Positions 22,181 through 40,792 of a stretch of DNA of 64,000 nucleotides are shown here, piece after piece (position 1 is the stretch's first letter; the number at the start of each line of letters is the position of its first letter). The DNA lies in NCBI GenBank assembly GCA_000002445.1, contig CP000070.1, positions 704,001 through 768,000 of the forward strand, written 5' to 3'. A program made the position numbers and the translations under genes. Origin of the DNA: Trypanosoma brucei (Eukaryota). The notes under the pieces were generated by a model. The model was not told where the DNA came from, searched no databases, and saw only the letters and a list, made by a program, of their open reading frames with translations.

Positions 22181-23473
22181 ATGAGTTTTGATGGCCTTCG
22201 GGGACGCTTGAAGAAAAAAACGTCAGCCCCTACAACAGACGGATTAGGGGTCTCGGGGAATTCAATAGATCTTTCAGATTCCGTCTACGCGGCAGCCGTG
22301 CAAGAGGCTTGTACCAACCACCGAAGTCGTAAACGGCAGCGCTCTCCGATTAGTGATGTGCTAACAGAACAACTGGTTGGGGAAGGTAATGCGGGAGGAA
22401 CAACCTCCACCCCTGCCGTAGCTGAGGTTTCTATCACTCCGGTCGCACGTCCAAGACATCTCACGGAGGAAGAATTTCTCGAAAGATGTGTGGTGTCTGA
22501 AAAGGCATTGGGAAGGTGTGTTGAAAGGATGTCTCGCGCGCTGGTGGAACCAGCCGTTTTCGGCAGTCTGGAGATAAGGGACCAAGACATCGCTGGCGAC
22601 GACGTTGTGTTGTTGGGGTCTCGTGTGAGTGCGTTGCCCCTCCCACTCTGTCGTTTCCTTGTCCAGAGGCTACAGTGCGTGTCTACTTCTTCAGTTGTTT
22701 CAGATGCGGCATACCAGGAAGAGGAGTACAACTTGTTGTTTGCACTTGGAGAGGTGGAGGCATGCCAACGGCAGGCGTGCGTGTCCATCCCCGAACAACT
22801 TGAAGGACTTATCGCAGTGCTACAAACTTACTGGCTTGCGCTATGCCTATATTGGCGAGCTGCTCTCTGTGGTTCCGTATCAGGAAACCCCTCTCACCAG
22901 GGCGGTTGGTCGTATGACGTCTATTTGCTCCAACATCACGCTTTGCCTGATACGGTGCGACACACGCATGGGAGGCAGGTGGCCCTTGGGCTGGAAGCGT
23001 GGCGGAAGGCAACCCGTGTCCGGCAGGATGCCTTTGACTTTCTGGCACTGGTGCTGCATGACATGTTAGTTCTTACGCGTCGCCTGTTGAGGGGAGGAGT
23101 TTCAGGGGTTAGTGATGAGGAGTCGTGCGCGATTCCCGTGGATATGGCGAAGAATCTCTTTCTGCTGCAAAAGCTCCTGCGTAGTCGTGATTTTCCAGGT
23201 TGCCGACAGCTGTATGTCGACCTTACTCTGGGAACAGCGAATTGGAAGCTGGGTCTATTTTCAGGTGGAGAAGTGCACATGCGGCGCTCGATGGAACGCA
23301 TTGAGCGCCGACGCATTGCCCATTTGCTCCACAACGAGAACGCACTACGGCTTTTGCATGCTGTGCGCGAGTTAATGGACTTCGTGCAGCAGCACGAGGC
23401 AGTGTTACAGGACTGTTTTTTTTTTACCTTCAATTCTGATGAAAATGGGCCGAACAAGGAAACAGCGGGATAA
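22181..23473 (+). CDS. hypothetical protein
   Basis: 430-aa ORF in the unit orientation. No recognisable motif. Confidence 0.5.
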   Translation: MSFDGLRGRLKKKTSAPTTDGLGVSGNSIDLSDSVYAAAVQEACTNHRSRKRQRSPISDVLTEQLVGEGNAGGTTSTPAVAEVSITPVARPRHLTEEEFLERCVVSEKALGRCVERMSRALVEPAVFGSLEIRDQDIAGDDVVLLGSRVSALPLPLCRFLVQRLQCVSTSSVVSDAAYQEEEYNLLFALGEVEACQRQACVSIPEQLEGLIAVLQTYWLALCLYWRAALCGSVSGNPSHQGGWSYDVYLLQHHALPDTVRHTHGRQVALGLEAWRKATRVRQDAFDFLALVLHDMLVLTRRLLRGGVSGVSDEESCAIPVDMAKNLFLLQKLLRSRDFPGCRQLYVDLTLGTANWKLGLFSGGEVHMRRSMERIERRRIAHLLHNENALRLLHAVRELMDFVQQHEAVLQDCFFFTFNSDENGPNKETAG

Positions 23474-23683
23474 CTACTAGCAGTCAGTTGCCACCTTCCT
23501 GCTGGTACTGCCAAATAAACATTTCTTTTTATTCCCTTTTATATTCTTGCTTCCCCCTTGCGATGTCTATGTTATCGTGTCGCCACCTCTTTAACTTGAC
23601 CCTTCTTCACTTCCGTTAAGATTTCCTCACTGCGACCGTGGTCCTGACCACCGCAACAAAATCAATTTAAAGGGTTTGAGAGG

Positions 23684-24724
23684 ATGCGCGACTCGGGTGT
23701 GGCAACCGCCACCACTTATGTGGCACCTGTTGGGGGCCATGTGCATCCCAGTCTACAACGGTACATGCCCGGGCAACTTCCAAAGCGGATGAAACGGCTG
23801 TGTACCGGAGAAACAAACTTAAAAGTCCACAACCGAATGCACATGGATTCAATTCGAACTGAGATAGCGCCTATTTTACCGTCTTCAGAACACCTGCGAC
23901 AAACCCTGCTGCCCTCTATCACGGTACAGAGGGCCGCTGGAAGAAGCAATGTAACGCCACGCGCTGGCCCGAAGGAAAAGCAACCTTCAGGCGTGAATGA
24001 GTCTTCGGAGGCCAACAACAAGAAAAACGAGGCGGTTATGGGCGTCTGGTGTAGACTTCCCCACGAGGACGAGGTTGTGGTAAGATCACTCGTTGAGTCC
24101 AATAACAAGGGGAAGCACAATGCATTTTCCAACGAAGCATTTTACTTCGGCAGCCACCATACAGGGGGTGCGGGCCAACTTGAATACGCTCATCATAACA
24201 TGACGCACAACAACAACCACTCCGTCTCAGCATGGAAACAGCGGCAGCACTACCATCCGGATATTTGGCACACTAGAGCCCAACAACATCCACCACCAAA
24301 AAAAGAAGCGAACACCACAGAAGAAATGCAAAAACATTCAATCCACGGCACACAAAACGATGAAATACGCGGTGAAAGCACGCACTCTGTACACCCAAAA
24401 GAAAAATGTGGAAACGTCGAAAAAGAAATGACAAAAAAGGCGATGGATTACAATGCTGCCAAAAATAAAAAATATGAAAACCTTAGCTGGATACAAAAAA
24501 GTACAACATTCGACACTAGCAAAATGACAGCGCCGAAGCTACGTTTCGAGCTAACTGATTACCACAACACAATGCCAATAACACAAACAGCGCCATCTAC
24601 ATCTCAATACATCGAAGAAAGCAGAAGATTCGAAACAATAAACGGTAAACCACTTACAACAGACAACGACAAAAAGAACATCAAATACGCTCGAAGAAGA
24701 TACGACACCACCACCAAGCATTAA
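23684..24724 (+). CDS. hypothetical low-complexity (His/Asn/Lys-rich) protein. It may be spurious.
   Basis: 346-aa ORF. The 3' half lies in A-rich low-complexity DNA just upstream of the H2A array. Confidence 0.25.
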   Translation: MRDSGVATATTYVAPVGGHVHPSLQRYMPGQLPKRMKRLCTGETNLKVHNRMHMDSIRTEIAPILPSSEHLRQTLLPSITVQRAAGRSNVTPRAGPKEKQPSGVNESSEANNKKNEAVMGVWCRLPHEDEVVVRSLVESNNKGKHNAFSNEAFYFGSHHTGGAGQLEYAHHNMTHNNNHSVSAWKQRQHYHPDIWHTRAQQHPPPKKEANTTEEMQKHSIHGTQNDEIRGESTHSVHPKEKCGNVEKEMTKKAMDYNAAKNKKYENLSWIQKSTTFDTSKMTAPKLRFELTDYHNTMPITQTAPSTSQYIEESRRFETINGKPLTTDNDKKNIKYARRRYDTTTKH

Positions 24725-24822
24725 TCAGCCATCAAAAAGAAGGGAAAATAAATCAGAAATGTACAAATTACTACTCTAGAAAAAAAGAAACAAAAGTAAT
24801 TACAAAAAAAAATTAAAATTAA

Positions 24823-25386
<564 letters not shown>

Positions 25387-25456
25387 ATAGAGTAACTCAC
25401 AGTCGGTCTGGTGAATATCCCGCGACCTGGAAATAGTTAGATGCCTATGCGGATCC

Positions 25457-25491
25457 CTCACTGCATCCCTTACGGGATTGTTGCGAGTGAG
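25457..25491 (+). promoter_or_regulatory. conserved imperfect hairpin in the H2A 3' UTR. Representative; present in all 13 units.
   Basis: CTCAC-tgc-ATCCC-ttac-GGGAT-tgttgc-GAGTGAG. The inner 5-bp stem has a 4-nt loop and the outer 5-bp stem pairs ctcac with gtgag. It lies ~70 nt after the stop codon and is invariant between copies. Confidence 0.4.
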
Positions 25492-25720
25492 CCCGCAAAC
25501 TGTTTACTTCACTCCCTTTTTTTTCTTGTTTTTTCTTGATTGTGTGTGTTGTTGGCACTTTTGTCCACAAATCACATTCACCATTTTCTCAATAATTGTT
25601 GTGTGGCTCGGTTGTATTTATCGACAATGTGTGCCTCCATTTGTGTGAGGTGGTGCGGACTTGCCGTGTGCACACACAATGTGGTTGTTGTGCATGTGCA
25701 CGTGTCTGTGCTTCCTTTAG

Positions 25721-26296
<576 letters not shown>

Positions 26297-26629
26297 ATAG
26301 AGTAACTCACAGTCGGTCTGGTGAATATCCCGCGACCTGGAAATAGTTAGATGCCTATGCGGATCCCTCACTGCATCCCTTACGGGATTGTTGCGAGTGA
26401 GCCCGCAAACTGTTTACTTCACTCCCTTTTTTTCTTGTTTTTTCTTGATTGTGTGTGTTGTTGGCACTTTTGTCCACAAATCACATTCACCATTTTCTCA
26501 ATAATTGTTGTGTGGCTCGGTTGTATTTATCGACAATGTGTGCCTCCATTTGTGTGAGGTGGTGCGGACTTGCCGTGTGCACACACAATGTGGTTGTTGT
26601 GCATGTGCACGTGTCTGTGCTTCCTTTAG

Positions 26630-27205
<576 letters not shown>

Positions 27206-27539
27206 ATAGAGTAACTCACAGTCGGTCTGGTGAATATCCCGCGACCTGGAAATAGTTAGATGCCTATGCGGATCCCTCACTGCATCCCTTACGGGATTGT
27301 TGCGAGTGAGCCCGCAAACTGTTTACTTCACTCCCTTTTTTTTCTTGTTTTTTCTTGATTGTATGTGTTGTTGGCACTTTTGTCCACAAATCACATTCAC
27401 CATTTTCTCAATAATTGTTGTGTGGCTCGGTTGTATTTATCGACAATGTGTGCCTCCATTTGTGTGAGGTGGTGCGGACTTGCCGTGTGCACACACAATG
27501 TGGTTGTTGTGCATGTGCACGTATCTGTGCTTCCTTTAG

Positions 27540-28115
<576 letters not shown>

Positions 28116-28448
28116 ATAGAGTAACTCACAGTCGGTCTGGTGAATATCCCGCGACCTGGAAATAGTTAGATGCCTATGCGGATCCCTCACTGCATCCCTT
28201 ACGGGATTGTTGCGAGTGAGCCCGCAAACTGTTTACTTCACTCCCTTTTTTTTTGTTTTTTTCTTGATTGTGTGTGTTGTTGGCACTTTTGTCCACAAAT
28301 CACATTCACCATTTTCTCAATAATTGTTGTGTGGCTCGGTTGTATTTATCGACAATGTGTGCCTCCATTTGTGTGAGGTGGTGCGGACTTGCCGTGTGCA
28401 CACACAATGTGGTTGTTGTGCATGTGCACGTGTCTGTGCTTCCTTTAG

Positions 28449-29024
<576 letters not shown>

Positions 29025-29358
29025 ATAGAGTAACTCACAGTCGGTCTGGTGAATATCCCGCGACCTGGAAATAGTTAGATGCCTATGCGGATCCCTCACT
29101 GCATCCCTTACGGGATTGTTGCGAGTGAGCCCGCAAACTGTTTACTTCACTCCCTTTTTTTTCTTGTTTTTTCTTGATTGTATGTGTTGTTGGCACTTTT
29201 GTCCACAAATCACATTCACCATTTTCTCAATAATTGTTGTGTGGCTCGGTTGTATTTATCGACAATGTGTGCCTCCATTTGTGTGAGGTGGTGCGGACTT
29301 GCCGTGTGCACACACAATGTGGTTGTTGTGCATGTGCACGTATCTGTGCTTCCTTTAG

Positions 29359-29934
<576 letters not shown>

Positions 29935-30267
29935 ATAGAGTAACTCACAGTCGGTCTGGTGAATATCCCGCGACCTGGAAATAGTTAGATGCCTATGCGG
30001 ATCCCTCACTGCATCCCTTACGGGATTGTTGCGAGTGAGCCCGCAAACTGTTTACTTCACTCCCTTTTTTTCTTGTTTTTTCTTGATTGTGTGTGTTGTT
30101 GGCACTTTTGTCCACAAATCACATTCACCATTTTCTCAATAATTGTTGTGTGGCTCGGTTGTATTTATCGACAATGTGTGCCTCCATTTGTGTGAGGTGG
30201 TGCGGACTTGCCGTGTGCACACACAATGTGGTTGTTGTGCATGTGCACGTGTCTGTGCTTCCTTTAG

Positions 30268-30843
<576 letters not shown>

Positions 30844-31176
30844 ATAGAGTAACTCACAGTCGGTCTGGTGAATATCCCGCGACCTGGAAATAGTTAGATG
30901 CCTATGCGGATCCCTCACTGCATCCCTTACGGGATTGTTGCGAGTGAGCCCGCAAACTGTTTACTTCACTCCCTTTTTTTCTTGTTTTTTCTTGATTGTA
31001 TGTGTTGTTGGCACTTTTGTCCACAAATCACATTCACCATTTTCTCAATAATTGTTGTGTGGCTCGGTTGTATTTATCGACAATGTGTGCCTCCATTTGT
31101 GTGAGGTGGTGCGGACTTGCCGTGTGCACACACAATGTGGTTGTTGTGCATGTGCACGTGTCTGTGCTTCCTTTAG

Positions 31177-31752
<576 letters not shown>

Positions 31753-32086
31753 ATAGAGTAACTCACAGTCGGTCTGGTGAATATCCCGCGACCTGGAAAT
31801 AGTTAGATGCCTATGCGGATCCCTCACTGCATCCCTTACGGGATTGTTGCGAGTGAGCCCGCAAACTGTTTACTTCACTCCCTTTTTTTTCTTGTTTTTT
31901 CTTGATTGTATGTGTTGTTGGCACTTTTGTCCACAAATCACATTCACCATTTTCTCAATAATTGTTGTGTGGCTCGGTTGTATTTATCGACAATGTGTGC
32001 CTCCATTTGTGTGAGGTGGTGCGGACTTGCCGTGTGCACACACAATGTGGTTGTTGTGCATGTGCACGTATCTGTGCTTCCTTTAG

Positions 32087-32662
<576 letters not shown>

Positions 32663-32995
32663 ATAGAGTAACTCACAGTCGGTCTGGTGAATATCCCGCG
32701 ACCTGGAAATAGTTAGATGCCTATGCGGATCCCTCACTGCATCCCTTACGGGATTGTTGCGAGTGAGCCCGCAAACTGTTTACTTCACTCCCTTTTTTTC
32801 TTGTTTTTTCTTGATTGTGTGTGTTGTTGGCACTTTTGTCCACAAATCACATTCACCATTTTCTCAATAATTGTTGTGTGGCTCGGTTGTATTTATCGAC
32901 AATGTGTGCCTCCATTTGTGTGAGGTGGTGCGGACTTGCCGTGTGCACACACAATGTGGTTGTTGTGCATGTGCACGTATCTGTGCTTCCTTTAG

Positions 32996-33571
<576 letters not shown>

Positions 33572-33904
33572 ATAGAGTAACTCACAGTCGGTCTGGTGAA
33601 TATCCCGCGACCTGGAAATAGTTAGATGCCTATGCGGATCCCTCACTGCATCCCTTACGGGATTGTTGCGAGTGAGCCCGCAAACTGTTTACTTCACTCC
33701 CTTTTTTTCTTGTTTTTTCTTGATTGTATGTGTTGTTGGCACTTTTGTCCACAAATCACATTCACCATTTTCTCAATAATTGTTGTGTGGCTCGGTTGTA
33801 TTTATCGACAATGTGTGCCTCCATTTGTGTGAGGTGGTGCGGACTTGCCGTGTGCACACACAATGTGGTTGTTGTGCATGTGCACGTATCTGTGCTTCCT
33901 TTAG

Positions 33905-34480
<576 letters not shown>

Positions 34481-34812
34481 ATAGAGTAACTCACAGTCGG
34501 TCTGGTGAATATCCCGCGACCTGGAAATAGTTAGATGCCTATGCGGATCCCTCACTGCATCCCTTACGGGATTGTTGCGAGTGAGCCCGCAAACTGTTTA
34601 CTTCACTCCCTTTTTTTTGTTTTTTTCTTGATTGTATGTGTTGTTGGCACTTTTGTCCACAAATCACATTCACCATTTTCTCAATAATTGTTGTGTGGCT
34701 CGGTTGTATTTATCGACAATGTGTGCCTCCATTTGTGTGAGGTGGTGCGGACTTGCCGTGTGCACACACAATGTGGTTGTTGTGCATGTGCACGTGTCTG
34801 TGCTTCCTTTAG

Positions 34813-35388
<576 letters not shown>

Positions 35389-35721
35389 ATAGAGTAACTC
35401 ACAGTCGGTCTGGTGAATATCCCGCGACCTGGAAATAGTTAGATGCCTATGCGGATCCCTCACTGCATCCCTTACGGGATTGTTGCGAGTGAGCCCGCAA
35501 ACTGTTTACTTCACTCCCTTTTTTTTTGTTTTTTTCTTGATTGTATGTGTTGTTGGCACTTTTGTCCACAAATCACATTCACCATTTTCTCAATAATTGT
35601 TGTGTGGCTCGGTTGTATTTATCGACAATGTGTGCCTCCATTTGTGTGAGGTGGTGCGGACTTGCCGTGTGCACACACAATGTGGTTGTTGTGCATGTGC
35701 ACGTGTCTGTGCTTCCTTTAG

Positions 35722-36297
<576 letters not shown>

Positions 36298-36635
36298 ATA
36301 GAGTAACTCACAGTCGGTCTGGTGAATATCCCGCGACCTGGAAATAGTTAGATGCCTATGCGGATCCCTCACTGCATCCCTTACGGGATTGTTGCGAGTG
36401 AGCCCGCAAACTGTTTACTTCACTCCCTTTTTTTTCTTGTTTTTTCTTGATTGTGTGTGTTGTTGGCACTTTTGTCCACAAATCACATTCACCATTTTCT
36501 CAATAATTGTTGTGTGGCTCGGTTGTATTTATCGACAATGTGTGCCTCCATTTGTGTGAGGTGGTGCGGACTTGCCGTGTGCGGACAAATATATTTTTTA
36601 TTAGCTTTTCCTTTTTTTCTTTTTTTTTTTAGGTC

Positions 36636-38648
36636 ATGTTTACATCTTTTTTAATAGTTTTAAATTTTTTTAGCAATTTTTCAATGTTGTTATATAATGC
36701 TTTTCAATATTTTGGTGCCTTATCATTTCACAATGAAATATTATTAATATTTGTTTTAGTTTTTTTTTCTGCTGCTGGCGTCGTGCTTTCCGAAGTCTGT
36801 AGAGTTGTAAATTTTTATTTTTCGAGTGGTGGCTCTGTTTTTGTGGAACGCCGTATATCTGTTTATTTGTCTACACATGTTGTGATAGCTGTCTGTGATC
36901 GTAATGCTTTGTTACAGAATGCTATATTTTATTATATGTACGAGAAGTTCCTTGTGTCACCTGTTGGCTCATCGTGTTGGCGTAACATGTCGTCTGTTAT
37001 CTTGCTAATTGATCCGATGCGTAGTGCGTATGAGGAGAGTTATGATTCTCCTTTTCGTGTGGATGATGATGATTCTGATGACGCTGGGCGGTGGGAAAGT
37101 GTGAACTGGAGGTGTCAAAAGCAACTTCGCCGTTTTTTTATTATTAGGGTCCCCACGGATGGATGTTGGTTGCCTGTGGGAAATGATGGTGTGGAGCTGA
37201 CGTATGAGAGGAAACGGGAGACAGTGGATGGCTCTGAGGGTGTTGTTCGGACTATTGTGTTACGGGCGAAAGGTGCCACAGATGCGGCAACTAGGATTGA
37301 CAAATTTGTTGAAACCGCCTTAGATTATTACATAATGAATTTGCCTGATGTAATGAACGAAGGAAAAGTATTTCTTGAGCTTCAGGCACCTTCTTCGTGT
37401 CGTGACGAGGGCGGCCTGTTATTCAAACGGTACCCCCTTGGTTGTGGAAAAACGTTTGATACTCTTTTTTTTCCTGAGAAATCACGCGTCCTTAAGTTGC
37501 TTGACGACTTCATGGGGAAAGGGGGAAGATTTTCGACAGAGGGTTTTCCTCAGAAGTTGGGGTTTCTACTCTATGGACCGCCTGGTACTGGCAAAACGTC
37601 GTTTGTGGGAGCCCTTGCCGAGTATACGCGTCGTCATGTTATATCTATTCATCTTCCCTTCTTGAAGTCGAATCACTCGCTCTATGACGTTTTCTTAAAT
37701 CCCACGTTTCGTTGCATCGGCGAGTCTGACCCTACTTCTTTGGCTGTCGAGGATGTCATTTTCCTCCTTGATGACGTGGATGCCTCTTCCCCACTTGTGC
37801 GTGCTCGTGTGCGTTCTGGACGGACCATTTGTAGGCGGCACCACGCCACGTTGGTATCGGACGGTTCTGTTGCTGATGACTTTGTGGGTGTTGAATCGCC
37901 GGTTCTCGATTCCGAGGTGGATGAGGAGGAGGGTGAGCATGGTGGGTTAGCCCCTGAACCGGAAAACCCAGTGGATCTTGTAAACCAGTTGTTGAAAGCT
38001 ACGTTCGGAAAACGATATACAGGAAAAGTAGGGACAACGAGGGGCGGCGCCGAGAATGAAACATCACTGTTAAAGTGGCTTCGGCCATCGGATGAGCTCA
38101 ACTTATCCGGTTTGTTGAACGTACTGGACGGCGCCGTGGACACACCAGGGCGTATCGTCGTGATGATCACAAATTTCCCAGAAAGACTTGACCCTGCGCT
38201 GGTGCGACCAGGCCGGTTCGGCACGAAGTTGCGTATGGATTACTTGCAACTGCCAGCTCTTTTGGATATGCTCGGTCTACACTTTGGCGCTGTGCTCCGT
38301 GAGAGCGGCGAAAGCGGGACAGATGAGAGTAGTGATGGTAATGATAACGCCGGCGGGGGAGTCAGCCAGCCACTTCGTGCAATTCGAACGTTTGAGAGAG
38401 GGGAGGCAGACAGCGTAAACACCTCAGCACCCCCAAAGCTCAGTGCTTACGATGTGGCGCGCGTGCGTGATGTTGTTGCAGCGCTCAACGACAGTCGAAA
38501 GGGTCGGGAAGGCGAAGACGTTTCAGGTCTCATGATATCTCCTGCCGAGGTGGAATCAATGTGCGCGGTTTCAACGACACTTGATGAGTTTCTTTTGCGC
38601 TTCTCGAGTCGGTTTGGTGCGCCACAGGCTTCTGCCAACGTGCAGTGA
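36636..38648 (+). CDS. BCS1-like AAA+ ATPase (mitochondrial-chaperone-BCS1 family), with a long insertion
   Basis: Walker A LLYGPPGTGKTSFVGALA, Walker B IFLLDDVDA, and the BCS1-type second region LLNVLDGAVDTPGRIVVMITNFPERLDPALVRPGRFGTKLRMDY. A hydrophobic N-terminal segment resembles the BCS1 N-domain. The true start is probably an internal Met, because the first ~60 codons run through AT-rich DNA at the array boundary. Confidence 0.7.
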   Translation: MFTSFLIVLNFFSNFSMLLYNAFQYFGALSFHNEILLIFVLVFFSAAGVVLSEVCRVVNFYFSSGGSVFVERRISVYLSTHVVIAVCDRNALLQNAIFYYMYEKFLVSPVGSSCWRNMSSVILLIDPMRSAYEESYDSPFRVDDDDSDDAGRWESVNWRCQKQLRRFFIIRVPTDGCWLPVGNDGVELTYERKRETVDGSEGVVRTIVLRAKGATDAATRIDKFVETALDYYIMNLPDVMNEGKVFLELQAPSSCRDEGGLLFKRYPLGCGKTFDTLFFPEKSRVLKLLDDFMGKGGRFSTEGFPQKLGFLLYGPPGTGKTSFVGALAEYTRRHVISIHLPFLKSNHSLYDVFLNPTFRCIGESDPTSLAVEDVIFLLDDVDASSPLVRARVRSGRTICRRHHATLVSDGSVADDFVGVESPVLDSEVDEEEGEHGGLAPEPENPVDLVNQLLKATFGKRYTGKVGTTRGGAENETSLLKWLRPSDELNLSGLLNVLDGAVDTPGRIVVMITNFPERLDPALVRPGRFGTKLRMDYLQLPALLDMLGLHFGAVLRESGESGTDESSDGNDNAGGGVSQPLRAIRTFERGEADSVNTSAPPKLSAYDVARVRDVVAALNDSRKGREGEDVSGLMISPAEVESMCAVSTTLDEFLLRFSSRFGAPQASANVQ

Positions 38649-38881
38649 GGGTGACAGGTTTGGAGGCTTGTCAATGAAATTTGTCGTTAAGGTCTTGAAA
38701 CTGACAGAATGTGGAAGAGAATCGAGATGAATATGTGGACCTTTTCTTTTTTTCTTCTCTTCTGTCTTTCCTTCGTATGCGATGGACTTACATGCAGCAG
38801 TTAAGCGTGTAGCTGTACGTCGACTTTTTTGTTTAACGCCTAACCGCCACCTCGTGTCGGCTGGCGCGGCCGCACCTCTTC

Positions 38882-40252
38882 ATGGCGGGCATCAGGTTTG
38901 CTGCGACAGGAGCCTTCTTCGCCGCTGTGGGCTACTTTTCTGTCGATAGATTTATAAACAGCGCCTCATGGTGGGCGCTGTTGCGCTCTAGTGGAGAGGC
39001 CTCCGCTGAGGATGGTGGCAGTGGCGGATGTATCCGCCGCCGGCTCGGAAGTGCAGGAAGCGTTTGGCAGCGTTTCAACCAGTACTCAACACCCGGTGCT
39101 GCAGGGGTCCAAGTGCTGCGTTTTCTTGACTTTGTGGCGTGTGTCTGCCTCTTGGATGAAGAGGACAGGCAACGTCTCCACAGCCGTCTGTGTGGTGCTC
39201 CAACTGAAGGACGAGAGGACCTTTGTAGCCTCTTCAAACTCGTAGATACGAATGCAAGTGGGACGATTACGTATGATGAGTTTTGTGTGCTCATCACACT
39301 TCTGTCGGCATGCCAAAGACATTTGAAGATAGCGTTTGGTGCTTTTGACGTAACGGAAGAGGATTCCCTCTCGAGGGATGGATTTAGACGCATAATAAAT
39401 ACACTCATGGTCGATCCAACTGTTCAGATCGTTGAGAGGACGGGTCATGAGAGTGATGTGCACTCACATGGAGGTGGGAGACGCGATGGGGGTTTGACCA
39501 GTAGTGAGTTTCTCTCATCAAATCTCGTTAAGCTCTTTTTCGGCGTGGATGAAGATGCACGAATTTCGTTCGACGACTTTTGGACAGTGGTTAGAAGAAT
39601 CCAGTGGATGGTAAGGAGGGTTGAGTTTCAGCTGTATGACACACAAAACACCGGTAGAATAAAACTTCACCAGCTTCAAAAGATATTATTTCCCGACAGG
39701 TACTGCTCAACTCAATGTGAGGAGGGGCATAGCGATGAAGAAAGTCGTTACGTCAGCAGTCGCTTAAACTGTTTAAAAGATAAATTTGTTAGCTGGGACC
39801 TGTACATGAAGGTTTTTGATGTGCTCTGCGAGACGGAGAGTATTGTGCGTGGGATGAATCTCGCCTTAAATGCCAGAGACCCGGAAGGGCGGAATGACCA
39901 TACATCCTGTCTTTGTCATCGTGACGACAGTATGACTCCTATTGTATCGGTACTTGCGGATACGGCAGCAGGGCTCACCACGTCTCACTCAGGTAGGGAT
40001 CGTGAACTTGATTATGTCGAGTTCCACCGAGTGTTGCAGAGCTGCGACCATCTGAAACACTTGACTAAAAGTGATGCGGAGGAGATTGTTGAGATATTTG
40101 ATATTGACGGATCGGGGAAGTTATCGCCCGATGAGTTTGGGAAGATGAGTAGAATGTGTACTTCCTTTTTTATGCGGTCCACGCCCCTTTTCTTGGAACC
40201 CCGGAGAAATACCATTCAGAGGTTCGTTTATTGCATGCAACAGCTCAGGTGA
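38882..40252 (+). CDS. EF-hand calcium-binding protein (two canonical EF loops). It may be MICU-like.
   Basis: EF loops DTNASGTITYDE and DIDGSGKLSPDE, 12-residue loops with D/N/S/G/E at the canonical positions. The hydrophobic N-terminus MAGIRFAATGAFFAAVGYF resembles a targeting or anchor sequence. Confidence 0.55.
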   Translation: MAGIRFAATGAFFAAVGYFSVDRFINSASWWALLRSSGEASAEDGGSGGCIRRRLGSAGSVWQRFNQYSTPGAAGVQVLRFLDFVACVCLLDEEDRQRLHSRLCGAPTEGREDLCSLFKLVDTNASGTITYDEFCVLITLLSACQRHLKIAFGAFDVTEEDSLSRDGFRRIINTLMVDPTVQIVERTGHESDVHSHGGGRRDGGLTSSEFLSSNLVKLFFGVDEDARISFDDFWTVVRRIQWMVRRVEFQLYDTQNTGRIKLHQLQKILFPDRYCSTQCEEGHSDEESRYVSSRLNCLKDKFVSWDLYMKVFDVLCETESIVRGMNLALNARDPEGRNDHTSCLCHRDDSMTPIVSVLADTAAGLTTSHSGRDRELDYVEFHRVLQSCDHLKHLTKSDAEEIVEIFDIDGSGKLSPDEFGKMSRMCTSFFMRSTPLFLEPRRNTIQRFVYCMQQLR

Positions 40253-40792
40253 AGAAAAGTGTTGCATTGCGCACCGTTCTTTCCAATTTTGTTCAACATA
40301 TTTGTTTTTAGGGGTGGTAGAGGGCTTGAACTTCCCTTACCTCATCATCTGGCCTCAGATGTTTGTTTGCGCGAGCCGTTGAATAGTTCACTTTCTCCCT
40401 TTGCTCCTTTGTTAGGGTCTACCTTGCTTGATGGTACAAGTCGACGTCTTCCGCGACTTTGAATGAGTAACTGTACACTTCATGTAATAATTCGTTTGCT
40501 TGTGCGCACTTATTTTCCTTATTTCGCATCAAATCTCATACGTTTTCTCGCTCTTAACTCGTTGAATCCAGTTGCTTGCCCTGTTCAGGACTTTTTTTTT
40601 TTGAGAGTTGAATTACTTGAAAGATTACTTAGCGGCGGTTCGGTTTGAATCAGCTACTGGGTATTTGTTTGTTTCCCTGCAGGCAGTGCCCCCCCCCCCC
40701 ACAAAAACAACAACAACAAACAACTGACGAGGTACCCGCTGTGTGCGCAGGTTCGCGGAAAATAAGAAGGGAAGTGATCACAAGTTTGCGCC

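Noticed and set aside
37682-38224. 180-aa minus-strand ORF inside the AAA ATPase gene
   Set aside because: Antisense to the conserved ATPase core, with Ser/Pro/Thr-rich reverse-frame composition.
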